A stretch of 64,000 nt of DNA from an uncultured Pseudomonas sp. (GCA_964578635.1 CAZOEC010000004.1:8268-72267); one strand, 5' to 3'; shown: positions 28,438 to 38,250, counted from the first letter of the stretch. Translations and numbers: made by a program. Notes: generated by a model from the letters alone, not told the origin.

Positions 28438-29775
28438 CTACGCTTTTCTGCCGCCCTTGGCCGGTTTGCCGCCAAAGCTCGGCACCTTGCGCACCGCCTT
28501 GACCGCCGGGGCGGCCGGCTCATCTGCCTCCATCCAACGGCCCAGGCTGCCGCCCTTGCCGCCGCCGACTACTTTCGGCTTCTTGGCCTTCTTCGGTTTT
28601 TTCACCACCTGGCCGCCGGGCAATGTCTGCGGCACGCGGTGGTCGGGGATAAAGTCCGGCTCGTCGATGCGTTGCAGCACTTGCTGGGTCAGGGTTTCGA
28701 TAGCCGAGAGCAGCTGCACTTCGTCGGCGCAAACCAACGACACGGCCTGCCCCACCGCGCCGGCACGGCCGGTGCGGCCGATACGGTGCACATAGTCTTC
28801 GGCAACGATGGGCAAATCGAAGTTGACCACCAGCGGCATATCGTCGATATCCAGGCCGCGGGCCGCCACATCGGTGGCCACCAGAACCTTGACCTCGCCA
28901 TCCTTGAACCGTTGCAGGGCGCGCTGGCGGGTGGCCTGGGGCTTGTCGCCGTGGATCGAGTCGGCGCTGATGCCGTGGCGCTGCAGCTCGGCTTCCAGCT
29001 CGTCAACGCCCTTACGGGTTTTTACAAACACCAGCGCCTGACTCCAGCGCTTGGCCTGATACAGGTGCAGAAACAGCTCGCTCTTGCGCTTCTTGTCCAC
29101 CGGGATCAGCCACTGCTTGACCGACTTGGCGGCGGCGTTGCGCGGGCTGACCGAGATGCTCAGCGGGTCGTTGAGCATCTCGCCGGCCATGCTGCGGATC
29201 GCTTCGGAGAAGGTGGCGGAAAACAGCAGGGTCTGACGCTTTTTCGGCAGCGCGCGGAATACGCTCTCCAACTCGTTGGCAAACCCCAGGTCGAGCATGC
29301 GGTCGGCTTCATCCAGCACCAGGGTTTGCACCTGGTTGAACTTCACCGCGTTCTGCCGGAACAGGTCGAGCAAGCGCCCCGGGGTGGCCACCAGCACGTC
29401 CACGCCTTTACGCAGTTTCATCATCTGCGGGTTGATGCTCACCCCGCCATACACCGCGTAACTGCGCAGCGGCAGGTGCTGGCCGTAGGTGATAAAGCTC
29501 TGCAGCACCTGCTCGGCCAGCTCGCGGGTCGGTACCAGCACCAGGGCACGCACCGAGTTGCTGGCAACCTGCGGCCCTTCCATCATCAGCCGTTGCAGTA
29601 CGGGCAGGGCAAAGCCTGCGGTTTTGCCGGTGCCAGTCTGCGCTGCGGCCATCAGATCGCGGCCCTGGAGGATCGGCACAATGGCCTGGGTCTGCACGGC
29701 GGTGGGGGTTTTGTAGTCGAGGCTATCGAGGGTGCGCAGCAGGGGCTCGATCAAACCGAGGGAAGCGAAGCTCAT
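28438..29775 (-). CDS. DEAD-box RNA helicase (RhlE-like)
   Basis: AQTGTGKT, PTRELA, DEAD, SAT, HRIGRTGR; basic C-terminal tail. Confidence 0.95.
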   Translation of the reverse strand: MSFASLGLIEPLLRTLDSLDYKTPTAVQTQAIVPILQGRDLMAAAQTGTGKTAGFALPVLQRLMMEGPQVASNSVRALVLVPTRELAEQVLQSFITYGQHLPLRSYAVYGGVSINPQMMKLRKGVDVLVATPGRLLDLFRQNAVKFNQVQTLVLDEADRMLDLGFANELESVFRALPKKRQTLLFSATFSEAIRSMAGEMLNDPLSISVSPRNAAAKSVKQWLIPVDKKRKSELFLHLYQAKRWSQALVFVKTRKGVDELEAELQRHGISADSIHGDKPQATRQRALQRFKDGEVKVLVATDVAARGLDIDDMPLVVNFDLPIVAEDYVHRIGRTGRAGAVGQAVSLVCADEVQLLSAIETLTQQVLQRIDEPDFIPDHRVPQTLPGGQVVKKPKKAKKPKVVGGGKGGSLGRWMEADEPAAPAVKAVRKVPSFGGKPAKGGRKA

Positions 29776-30012
29776 GGGAGTAACCAGCAAGGCAAATAGA
29801 CGGATGCGCGCAGTTTACCCTGCCCAGCGCCGAGCATCGCGTTTCTGTTACGCGGGTGGTCCGGGCCTGTGGAAGAACAACGAATCTTCCGCGCGCAGGG
29901 CTGTCGAACGTCACTCGCTGTCCTTATCCGCCAGCCGTCGCGCTTGGCGTATCCGCCGAGGGCGCGTTAGGGTGGCCCCCTTGTTCACGACTGAAATGGA
30001 AATCGACGAATC

Positions 30013-30627
30013 ATGCAGATGCAGACAACAGCGGGATATGGGTTCAGTGGGCGGATAGCCGCCCTGCTGGTGATGGCAGTGCTGCTCAGCGGCTGCGGCA
30101 TCAACAACATCCCCACCTACGACGAACAGGTCAAAGCGGCCTGGGCCCAGGTGGAGAACCAATATCAGCGGCGTGCCGACCTGATCCCCAACCTGGTGGA
30201 AACCGTCAAGGGCTTCGCCAAACAGGAGCAGGACACCCTGGTCGCCGTGATCGAGGCGCGGGCCAAGGCCACCTCCATGCAAGTGGACGCCAGCACCCTC
30301 AACCAGCCGGAAAAATTGCGCCAGTTCGAGCAAGCCCAGCAGCAATTGAGCGGTGCCTTGAGCCGTTTGATGATGGTCTCCGAGCGCTACCCGGAGCTGA
30401 AATCCAACCAGAACTTCCTCGCCCTGCAGTCGCAACTGGAAGGCACGGAAAACCGCATCGCGGTGGCCCGGCGCGATTTCATCAGCACGGTCGAGCGCTA
30501 CAACACCGAGCTGCGCACCTTCCCCGGGCGCATCTGGCATAGCCTGATGTACAGCGAAATGCAGCCACGGGCAAACTTCGAAGCGACCACACCGGCGGCG
30601 GAAAAAGCCCCGGAAGTGAAATTCTGA
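30013..30627 (+). CDS. lemA: LemA family lipoprotein
   Basis: LSGC lipobox, YQRRADLIPNLV, ERYPELK, LEGTENRI. Confidence 0.93.
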   Translation: MQMQTTAGYGFSGRIAALLVMAVLLSGCGINNIPTYDEQVKAAWAQVENQYQRRADLIPNLVETVKGFAKQEQDTLVAVIEARAKATSMQVDASTLNQPEKLRQFEQAQQQLSGALSRLMMVSERYPELKSNQNFLALQSQLEGTENRIAVARRDFISTVERYNTELRTFPGRIWHSLMYSEMQPRANFEATTPAAEKAPEVKF

Positions 30628-31358
30628 TGGCAGCCGCACTGCGCTTGCCGCTGTTGTTACTGCTGTGCGCCTGGGCCTGGCTGGCGCAGGCGCAACCCCA
30701 GTTTACGCCGCTGAGCGGGCGCGTGGTGGATCAGGCCGAGATGCTCGACGCCGCCACCGAAGCCCGCCTGACGGAGCAGCTGGCGACCCACGAAAAGGCC
30801 AACGGCGAACAGCTGGTGGTGGTCACCCTGCCGGACCTGCAAGGGCTGCCGATCGAGGACTTCGGCTATCAGCTGGGCCGCCACTGGGGCATCGGCGAGA
30901 AAGACAAGGACAACGGTGCCCTGCTATTGGTCGCCCGCGACGAGCGCAAGCTGCGCATCGAGGTCGGCTATGGCCTCGAGGGTCGGCTGACCGATGCGCA
31001 GGCTTCGGTGATCATCAATCAGGTGATCACCCCGGCATTCAAAAGCGGCGACTACGCCCAGGGCATCAGCGAGGGGGTGGCGGCGATTCTCCAGGTGCTC
31101 GGCGGCGAGCCGATGGTGGAGGTCGAGCGCGCGGATGGGGCCAAGGAAGAGCAACCCCCGGCCCTCCTGTTCTTCGTCCTGATGATGGTCGTCATGGGCC
31201 TGATCGGTGGCGGCGGTGGCCGTGGACGGCGTGGTGCAATGGCCGCTGGCCTGCTGGGTGCCAGCCTCGGCCGCGGCGGTTTCGGTGGCGGTGGAGGCGG
31301 TGGTTTTAGCGGCGGTGGCGGCAGCTTCGGTGGCGGCGGCGCTTCCGGCGGTTGGTAA
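30627..31358 (+). CDS. TPM domain protein (YgcG-like)
   Basis: GRVVDQA, RIEVGYGLEG, Gly-rich tail GGGSFGGGGASG.W. Confidence 0.92.
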   Translation: MAAALRLPLLLLLCAWAWLAQAQPQFTPLSGRVVDQAEMLDAATEARLTEQLATHEKANGEQLVVVTLPDLQGLPIEDFGYQLGRHWGIGEKDKDNGALLLVARDERKLRIEVGYGLEGRLTDAQASVIINQVITPAFKSGDYAQGISEGVAAILQVLGGEPMVEVERADGAKEEQPPALLFFVLMMVVMGLIGGGGGRGRRGAMAAGLLGASLGRGGFGGGGGGGFSGGGGSFGGGGASGGW

Positions 31359-31384
31359 TTCAATTCAACGAGTAAAAAGACCCC

Positions 31385-32002
31385 ATGGCCTTATTGAATG
31401 AAAGCGAACAGCGGCAGGTCGCCGCGGCGATCAACGCGGTCGAGCGCGAGACCGATGCCGAACTGGTCACAGTGCTGGCGGCGCGGGCCGACGATTACAC
31501 CTATATCCCCTTGCTCTGGGCCAGCGTGCTGGCACTGCTGGTGCCAGGCGCGCTGAATTATTTTGGTGGCTGGCTTAGCGCCCAGGAACTGCTGCTGGTG
31601 CAATGGCTGAGCTTTGCCGGCTTGAGCCTGCTGCTGCGCATCCCGGCGTTGACCAGCCGCCTGATCCCCCGCGCGGTGCGCCATTGGCGCGCGGCCAATA
31701 TGGCGCGCCGGCAGTTCCTCGAGCACAACCTGCACCACACCACAGGTGCCACCGGCATGCTGATCTTCGTCTCGGAGGCCGAGCATTACGTGGAGATTCT
31801 GGTCGACCGCGGCATTTCCGCCCAGCTACCCGACGAAACCTGGCAGGCGATAGTCGCGACCTTTACCCAACAGGTGAAACAGGGCCAGACCCTGCAGGGC
31901 TTTCTCGGCTGCATCGAGGCCTGCGGCGCACAGCTCAAGCAACATGTGCCAGCCACCCACCAACGCAACGAGCTGCCCAACCATCTGGTGGTGCTGCCCT
32001 GA
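31385..32002 (+). CDS. TPM domain membrane protein
   Basis: E..T..ELV, GMLIFVSEAEH.VEI.D, NELPN; usual partner of LemA/YgcG. Confidence 0.88.
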   Translation: MALLNESEQRQVAAAINAVERETDAELVTVLAARADDYTYIPLLWASVLALLVPGALNYFGGWLSAQELLLVQWLSFAGLSLLLRIPALTSRLIPRAVRHWRAANMARRQFLEHNLHHTTGATGMLIFVSEAEHYVEILVDRGISAQLPDETWQAIVATFTQQVKQGQTLQGFLGCIEACGAQLKQHVPATHQRNELPNHLVVLP

Positions 32003-32026
32003 GGGTTTCGGGGTAAACCCTCAGGG
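31997..32026. terminator. Hairpin shared by two convergent stop codons
   Basis: CCCTGAGGGTTT-N6-AAACCCTCAGGG, 12-bp perfect stem; no U-tract. Confidence 0.45.
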
Positions 32027-32197
32027 TTTATCCCGCTCCAGCGGTTCAAGTTGCTTCCACAACGCCTCGGCCTCTTCGGTCAAGGTTGCGTAGCCGCGAA
32101 TGTCGCCATTGCGCTGGGCGTGCATGGCGGCTTCGAGCTTGGCGCTGTATTGCTTGCGCAGCTTTTTGGCAGGATCACTTTTGAACAAACCGAACAT
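32021..32197 (-). CDS. Small protein, DUF6435-like (58 aa; absent from the ORF track)
   Basis: Hand translation MFGLFKSDPAKKLRKQYSAKLEAAMHAQRNGDIRGYATLTEEAEALWKQLEPLERDKP; GAGG upstream. Confidence 0.8.
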   Translation of the reverse strand: MFGLFKSDPAKKLRKQYSAKLEAAMHAQRNGDIRGYATLTEEAEALWKQLEPLERDKP

Positions 32198-32300
32198 TGG
32201 GCATGCCTCTATCGGAGTGCGCTGAAATAAGCGCGCCCCAGCTTAGGTTATGCACTCGCCCTCGCGGCCAGGCAGATGTAACCAAACGCAAACAACGGCT

Positions 32301-32927
32301 TCAGAGCGCAACGCGCTCGCGGTGTTTCTGCAAGGCCAGAGCCATTTTGGCGGCGGGGACTTTTTGCAGGCTGCAGAGCAAGCCGTGGGACACCTCGGCA
32401 AGGCCATGGCGCTCGCGCAGCAGGGCGGCCATAAAGCAGGTCAGGTTGGCGGCCATTTCCGCATCGGCCAGGGCCCGGTGAGCCTGGCCGGTGTCGGGCA
32501 GGCCGATCCAGCGATTGAGGTTGCCGAGCTTGTGGCTGGGGGCCATCGGCAGCAGCCGGCGCGCCAACAGCAGCGAGCAGGCGAAGGGCTGCACCCGGCG
32601 ACGGCGCACCAGGGCCAGTTCGGCATCCCAGAACTTCTGGTCGAAACTGGCGTTGTGCGCCAGCAACGGCCGCTCGCCGACGAAGTCTGCTACTTCGTTC
32701 ATCACCTGGGCGGCCGGCGGGGCGTTGCGCAGCATGGCGTTGCTGATACCGGTGAGCTGCTCGATAAAGGGCGGCACCCAGGCACCGCTGTTCATCAGGC
32801 TCTGGTAGCGGGCGACTATCTGCCCACCCTCGACTATCACCACACCGATCTCGGTGGCGCGGGCCTGCTGGGCCGGCGACAGGCCGGTGGTTTCGAAGTC
32901 GAGTACGGCGATGGAGTCTGCAAGCAT
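32301..32927 (-). CDS. DEDDh 3'-5' exonuclease (DnaQ/PolC-like)
   Basis: DFETTG, HNASFD, HRALADA. Confidence 0.92.
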   Translation of the reverse strand: MLADSIAVLDFETTGLSPAQQARATEIGVVIVEGGQIVARYQSLMNSGAWVPPFIEQLTGISNAMLRNAPPAAQVMNEVADFVGERPLLAHNASFDQKFWDAELALVRRRRVQPFACSLLLARRLLPMAPSHKLGNLNRWIGLPDTGQAHRALADAEMAANLTCFMAALLRERHGLAEVSHGLLCSLQKVPAAKMALALQKHRERVAL

Positions 32928-32930
32928 TTA

Positions 32931-33410
32931 TCAGTTTCTCAGCAACAGGCTGCCTTCGATCGGCACATAACGGCTGGCGGCGCGCACCAGCGATTGCGCG
33001 GTCAGCCCCGGCACGCCGTAGGCCACCGCCTCGACGCCATGGCTGCCGCGAATCTTCTCCAGCAGCAGGTCGAAGTCGCCATCGCCGGAGGCCAGCACCA
33101 CCTGATCGACCCGGGGCGCGGCGTCCATGATGTCGATGGTGATGCCCACGTCCCAGTCGCCCTTGGCCGAGCCGTCGCTGCGCTGAATATAGGGTTTGAG
33201 CTTCACGGTAAAGCCCAGGTTGCGCAGGATCTGCTGGAACTGCTGCTGCTTGGCATCGCCACGATCGATGGCATAGGCATAGGCCTCGACTATCTGCCCG
33301 TGCTGGCCGATATCGGCCCATAGCGCGGCGTAGTTGAAGTGGCAGCCATAGGCCTGGCGCACCGTGTAATAGAGGTTCTGTACATCGGCGAATACGGCGA
33401 TCTTCTTCAC
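32931..33410 (-). CDS. NYN (LabA/DUF88, PIN-like) domain protein
   Basis: FADVQNLYY, KGDWDV, SGDGDF; GTG start with GAGGA RBS. Confidence 0.92.
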   Translation of the reverse strand: MKKIAVFADVQNLYYTVRQAYGCHFNYAALWADIGQHGQIVEAYAYAIDRGDAKQQQFQQILRNLGFTVKLKPYIQRSDGSAKGDWDVGITIDIMDAAPRVDQVVLASGDGDFDLLLEKIRGSHGVEAVAYGVPGLTAQSLVRAASRYVPIEGSLLLRN

Positions 33411-33539
33411 CGGCAATCCTCGTGGCTATGCATTAAGCGCCGGGCAGTATGCCAGAAGGCGCAGCACCCTGGCCGCAAAAGGCCCAGCCGGCGATCGGTC
33501 GGCAGCGCTGCATTGGAGCCCTACCCGCCAATCGGCGAG

Positions 33540-33827
33540 CAGGCCGTTGAAAAACGTAGACGACGACTGCATGGATGCAGGAGGTAGAGCGAAGCAGGAA
33601 GCCCGAGCCGAGGCAGGCAAGACAATACCGATGGCGGCCCCACAAAAACAGGCGAGGAAGCGGAGTTTACGTGCTGTAAATGAGCATTACTCGTTTCACT
33701 CGCCCTTCGGGTCGCGCTAAAGCGCGTTAGCCGCAAGCGGCTTTCCGAGACGCCGCGTCCCGGCCTGTTTTTAACGCCCTGTCTTTTCAATGAAAAGGGC
33801 CAACGTAGGTAGTTTTTCAACGGCCTG
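33540..33827. mobile_element. Expanded ERIC-like MITE, copy 3, with nested inserts
   Basis: TIRs CAGGCCGTTGAAAAAC / GTTTTTCAACGGCCTG; core collinear with copies 1 and 2 but 288 bp long. Confidence 0.8.
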
Positions 33828-33868
33828 CTAAAGTGGCGGCCTGCCCTTCGACACGACGCCGCCCCCCG

Positions 33869-34531
33869 ATGAATCCGCTCCACGTGCTCCGCGACTCCTG
33901 GTTCTTCTTCAGCCATAACCTGCTGGCCATCGCCCGTCTGTGCCTGCCGCTGATCGTGCTGGAGAGCCTGTTTCTGCAGCAGGTGAGCAGCCTGGTCGAG
34001 GGCGACTCGGCCGCCGCCTCGCGGATTCTCGCCGGCCTGCTGTTCTACCCGCTGTATGCCGCCGCACTGATCCTGTTTCTCGATGCCCGCAGCAACGGTC
34101 AGACGCCCCGCGCCCGCGACCTGCTGGCGTTCAGCCTGCGCCTGTGGCCGAGCTTTGCCCTGCTGGCGGCCATGAGCACTCTGGCGATTCTGCTGGGGGC
34201 CTCGCTGTTCGTGTTGCCGGGGCTGTGGCTGATGACCAAGCTGGCCTTTGCCGAATACCTGCTGGTGCTGCGCGGCCTCGGCCCGCTCAAGGCCATGCGC
34301 GAGAGCTTCGAAATGACCAACGGCTACTTCTGGCCGATCCTCCTGTGCGTGCTCGGCGTGATACTGCCCCTGTGGCTGTTCGAAGCCTGGGTGCAGGAAA
34401 GTGCCGGGCTGGACGCCGAGCCCCTTGCCAGCCTGCTGCTGAGCAGCATGAATCGCTTTCTGCAGCTATTCTCAAGTGTCGTGCTATTTCGACTATTTAT
34501 GCTGCGCAGCACCCAGCCCGCTATCGAGTGA
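33869..34531 (+). CDS. YciC-like integral membrane protein
   Basis: RDSW.FF..N start, multiple TM helices, AMRESF..T.G motif. Confidence 0.75.
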   Translation: MNPLHVLRDSWFFFSHNLLAIARLCLPLIVLESLFLQQVSSLVEGDSAAASRILAGLLFYPLYAAALILFLDARSNGQTPRARDLLAFSLRLWPSFALLAAMSTLAILLGASLFVLPGLWLMTKLAFAEYLLVLRGLGPLKAMRESFEMTNGYFWPILLCVLGVILPLWLFEAWVQESAGLDAEPLASLLLSSMNRFLQLFSSVVLFRLFMLRSTQPAIE

Positions 34532-34560
34532 AGGCAGCTACACCTCAAGGAGGACGGCTC

Positions 34561-34995
34561 ATGGCTGACGCCAATCCCAGCATCCTTTCCCATATATCCA
34601 TCGGCACCAACAATTTCGAGCAGGCCACCGCCTTCTACGATCAGGTGCTGGCCACCCTGGGCTGCAAACGCATCCTCGCCCACCCTGGTGCCATCGCTTA
34701 CGGCCGCGAATACCCGGAGTTCTGGGTGCAGACGCCCATCGACGGCCAACCGGCGAGTATCGGCAACGGCAGCCATTTCGGCTTTGTCGCCCCAAACAAG
34801 GCTGCCGTGCATGAGTTCTACCGCGCCGCGCTGGACGCCGGGGCCACGGACGAAGGCGCGCCCGGCCCCCGCGCCGAATACGGCGAGCCCTATTACGGCT
34901 GCTTTGTCCGCGACCTCGACGGGCACAAGATCGAAGCGGCGTTCTGGGACCTGGACCAGGTGTACGAGCTCTATATCGAGCCCCACGAGCACTGA
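34561..34995 (+). CDS. VOC (glyoxalase) family protein
   Basis: HISIG, GNGSHFGF, YYGCFVRDLDGHKIE; AGGAGG RBS. Confidence 0.9.
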   Translation: MADANPSILSHISIGTNNFEQATAFYDQVLATLGCKRILAHPGAIAYGREYPEFWVQTPIDGQPASIGNGSHFGFVAPNKAAVHEFYRAALDAGATDEGAPGPRAEYGEPYYGCFVRDLDGHKIEAAFWDLDQVYELYIEPHEH

Positions 34996-35004
34996 CAGCG
35001 CCTG

Positions 35005-35844
35005 TTAGCCGCCTGGACGCGGCTTCATCCCGGATAGCCGCGGCAGCAGCACCCGCTCGAACAGCCGCGGGAAGAACCGCGCCAGCACCCGTGCCCGCCA
35101 GTCGACATTGGACAGCACCAGCAAGCGCCGGCGCTTGAGGGCCCCATGGTAGATGGCTTCGGCGACATCCTGCGGCGACGCCACCTTGCCCATCGCCAGC
35201 GGCGGCTGCGCGGCTACCGAACCATCTCCCACCAGGGCATTCTTGCGCAGGTCGGTGGCGGTAAAGCCGGGACACACCAGCATCACGTTGACCCCCGAGC
35301 CTTTGAGTTCATAACGCAGGGTTTCGAACAGCCCGTGCAGGGCATGCTTGCTGGCGTTGTAGGCGCTGCGATAGAGCAGCGGCGCAAAGCCGGACAGCGA
35401 ACTGAGCACGATGATCTGCCCGCCCCGGGCAATCAGGCTGGGCAGGGCCGCCTTGGTGCAGTGCAGGGCCCCGAAGTAGTTGACCGCCATGATCCGCTGG
35501 AACACCGCCAGCTCGGTATCGGCGAAGCTGCTGCGGTGGGTGATGCCGGCGTTGTTGACCAGCACGTCGATGCCGCCGAAGCGCTCGACGGTCAGGGCCA
35601 TGGCGCGCTCCACCGCCGCGGCATCGGCAACGTCGCAGAGCACACCGAGGGCCTCGGCGTTGTGGTGATCGGCCAGATGCTGCACCAGGCTGTCCAGGGC
35701 CTGCTGCTGCAGGTCGAAGATCACCAGACGAGCACCGGCCTGGGCCAGACGCACGGCCAGCGCGCGGCCGATGCCGGCACAGCCGCCGGTGATAACCACG
35801 ACCTTGCGGTCGAATACCTTGTTGGCGAATACCTTGCGATACAT
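35005..35844 (-). CDS. SDR family oxidoreductase
   Basis: TGGCAGIG, NNAG, YNASK. Confidence 0.93.
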   Translation of the reverse strand: MYRKVFANKVFDRKVVVITGGCAGIGRALAVRLAQAGARLVIFDLQQQALDSLVQHLADHHNAEALGVLCDVADAAAVERAMALTVERFGGIDVLVNNAGITHRSSFADTELAVFQRIMAVNYFGALHCTKAALPSLIARGGQIIVLSSLSGFAPLLYRSAYNASKHALHGLFETLRYELKGSGVNVMLVCPGFTATDLRKNALVGDGSVAAQPPLAMGKVASPQDVAEAIYHGALKRRRLLVLSNVDWRARVLARFFPRLFERVLLPRLSGMKPRPGG

Positions 35845-35883
35845 GGCTGTCCCTTACGCGCGGCTGACGGTAAACAGGCGCTA

Positions 35884-36123
35884 CTACAACCTGTTATGGC
35901 TGCCATCGCAACAGGGCGGCGTCTGGCTGTGCTTGCAGCCGCAGAAGAACAGCTTGCCATCCGTCTCGGCGCGGTAACGCAGGGGCGTGATGCCGCTGCC
36001 CTTGTGGCTGCCATCGCAGAACGGCTGGGCGGTGCTGCGGCCACAGCGACACCAGAAATAATCCTGCCCGGCCTGCACATCCACCGCATAGGGGCCGCGC
36101 TGGGCAATGATCGGCTCGGACAT
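35884..36123 (-). CDS. Double CDGSH iron-sulfur domain protein
   Basis: WCRCGRS..QPFCDGSH and FCGCKHS..PPCCDGSH; GGAGG RBS. Confidence 0.92.
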   Translation of the reverse strand: MSEPIIAQRGPYAVDVQAGQDYFWCRCGRSTAQPFCDGSHKGSGITPLRYRAETDGKLFFCGCKHSQTPPCCDGSHNRL

Positions 36124-36234
36124 ACCTACCTCCCGCAGTAGCTGGGGCAACTGGAAGAACATCGGCACCCGGGGGCATCTCGGGTATGCTCGATAACTTC
36201 AGCATAGCCCAAGCACCTGCGCCCCGACCCGCCC

Positions 36235-37326
36235 ATGCCCCTGTCTCGCCTTCTGTCCATTACCCTGTTCAGCCTGCTGAGCCTGTTCTGCATCCTTGCC
36301 GCGCTGATCTACGCCCTGACCTGGCGACCCGCGCCGCGGGAGACCGCGGCCGTCGAGTGCCAGAACCAGGCCCCGCTGCTGCAGCCGGGCCAGGCGCTGA
36401 AGGTGATGACCTGGAATATCCAGTACCTGGCCGGCAAGAACCATGTGTTCTGGTACGACCTGGAAGGCGGCAGCGGCCCGGATCTGCGCCCCAGCAGCGC
36501 CGACCTGGCCTTTACCCTGGATGAGGTGGTCCGGGTGGTACGCGACGAACAGGCGGATATCGTCCTCCTGCAAGAGCTGCACGACGGGGCCCGGGCCAGC
36601 GACTACCAGGATCAGCTGGCCCTGCTGCAGAGCCGTCTGCGCGACCTCTACCCCTGCAGCACCCAGGCCTTCTACTGGAAAGCCGGGTTCGTCCCGCACC
36701 CGAAGATTCTCGGCAGCGTCGGCATGAAACTGGCCACCCTCAGCCGCTACCAGATCGAGCGTGCCGAACGCCTGCAACTGCCGCAGATGCCCGGCAACCC
36801 GATCATCCGCCCATTCAACCTCAAGCGCGCCCTGCTGGTCAGCTACCTGCCGCTGCGTGGCGGCGGCGAGCTGGCGGCGATCAACACCCACCTCGATGCC
36901 TTCGCCCAGGGCGACGACACCATGCAGCAACAGGTGGCCATGACCGCCCGCCTGCTCGACCAGCTGCAGGGCCGCGGTATGCCCTGGGTGCTGGGCGGCG
37001 ACTTCAACCTGCTGCCAGCCGGCCAGTACCAGCGCCTGCCCGCCGAACAGCGCAGCTGGTATGCCGCCCACAGCGAACTGCAGCAACTGGCCGCACGCTA
37101 CCCGATGATCCCCAGCACGGCCCAGGCCAGCGGCCCCGGGCAGGCCGCCTGGTACACCCACGCCCCCAACAGCCCAGGCGCGCCACGGGCCGACCGCACC
37201 CTCGACTACCTGTTCCACAGCCCGCAACTGACGCTGCTCGATGCCCAGGTCAGGCAGCACGACACCCTGAAGATTTCCGACCACCTGCCGCTGCTGGCCC
37301 GCCTGTTGCTGCCGGCATTGGACTAA
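36235..37326 (+). CDS. Endonuclease/exonuclease/phosphatase family protein, membrane anchored
   Basis: TWNI, LLQE, NTHL, GGDFN, LDY, SDHLP. Confidence 0.9.
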   Translation: MPLSRLLSITLFSLLSLFCILAALIYALTWRPAPRETAAVECQNQAPLLQPGQALKVMTWNIQYLAGKNHVFWYDLEGGSGPDLRPSSADLAFTLDEVVRVVRDEQADIVLLQELHDGARASDYQDQLALLQSRLRDLYPCSTQAFYWKAGFVPHPKILGSVGMKLATLSRYQIERAERLQLPQMPGNPIIRPFNLKRALLVSYLPLRGGGELAAINTHLDAFAQGDDTMQQQVAMTARLLDQLQGRGMPWVLGGDFNLLPAGQYQRLPAEQRSWYAAHSELQQLAARYPMIPSTAQASGPGQAAWYTHAPNSPGAPRADRTLDYLFHSPQLTLLDAQVRQHDTLKISDHLPLLARLLLPALD

Positions 37327-37449
37327 TCTGTACCGGCAAGCGGCTGGACAAAATCACCAGCCCCTGGCCATGCTTGGCCGTGACAGCAGCAAACCAAGAA
37401 AACCAGAAGAACGAAAAAACGGCATAGCGCCGCAGTACGTGCCTATTTG

Positions 37450-38250
37450 ATGCCAAGATTGCTCTGCCTTATGTTTGTCGCCCTGTGCTGGTCCGCGACC
37501 AGCCACGCCGACGCTCCCGCTCGCACCGCACAACCCCTGGTGCAGATGGGCTATTACGAATTTCCGCCCTACTCCTACAGCGATAGCCAGGGACGCCCCA
37601 GCGGAGCCATTCTGCACCTGACCCAGCGTCTGCTCGAGCACGCCGGCTATGCCGTCACCACCCGCGCCTACCCCAGCGCGCGCCTGTACAGCGGCCTGCA
37701 GGACGGCAGCGTGCATATCTGGCCGGGTGCCCCGGGCAAGAGCGAACTGCTCGAACACACCCTGGAAACCCGCGCCGTGATCGGTGAAATCGCCCTCAAC
37801 CTGTACTTTCGCAAGGACACCCTGCTGCCGCGCCTGCCGGATGACCTGAAGAACAGCGGGGTGATCATGATCACCGGCTACACCTACTGGGAACCGGTCA
37901 ACCGGATGATCAACGACCCGCGCCTGGCCATCGAACAGCATCGCACCAGCACCCACACCGCCGCCCTGGAGATGCTCCAGCGCCGCCGCGCCGATTACCT
38001 GCTCGACTACCAGACGCCGGTGGAACAGGCGCGCAGACGCCTGGGTATGGCCGAACTGCCGTTTATCCAGCTGCAGCGCATCCCCCTGAAGCTGATCATC
38101 TCGCGCCACACCCCCGGCGCAGAAGCCTTGCGCGACGCCCTCGACCGCGCCTACGAAGAGCTGCAGGCGGCCGGTGCCGACTTGAGCCTGCCGCACGAGG
38201 GGGCGGGTCGAACATTGCGCCACACATCACGGGGCCAGAGCCTTAAATAA
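37450..38250 (+). CDS. Periplasmic substrate-binding protein (family 3-like)
   Basis: Signal peptide, YYEFPPYSY, YPSARLY, ALEML..R.D. Confidence 0.8.
   Translation: MPRLLCLMFVALCWSATSHADAPARTAQPLVQMGYYEFPPYSYSDSQGRPSGAILHLTQRLLEHAGYAVTTRAYPSARLYSGLQDGSVHIWPGAPGKSELLEHTLETRAVIGEIALNLYFRKDTLLPRLPDDLKNSGVIMITGYTYWEPVNRMINDPRLAIEQHRTSTHTAALEMLQRRRADYLLDYQTPVEQARRRLGMAELPFIQLQRIPLKLIISRHTPGAEALRDALDRAYEELQAAGADLSLPHEGAGRTLRHTSRGQSLK

Noticed and set aside
31207..31355. GGC/GGT low-complexity repeat
   Set aside because: It is the ordinary Gly-rich tail of YgcG/TPM proteins
33940..34560. Long N-terminal extension of the VOC ORF
   Set aside because: It overlaps the YciC-like gene; a strong AGGAGG RBS supports the ATG at 34561
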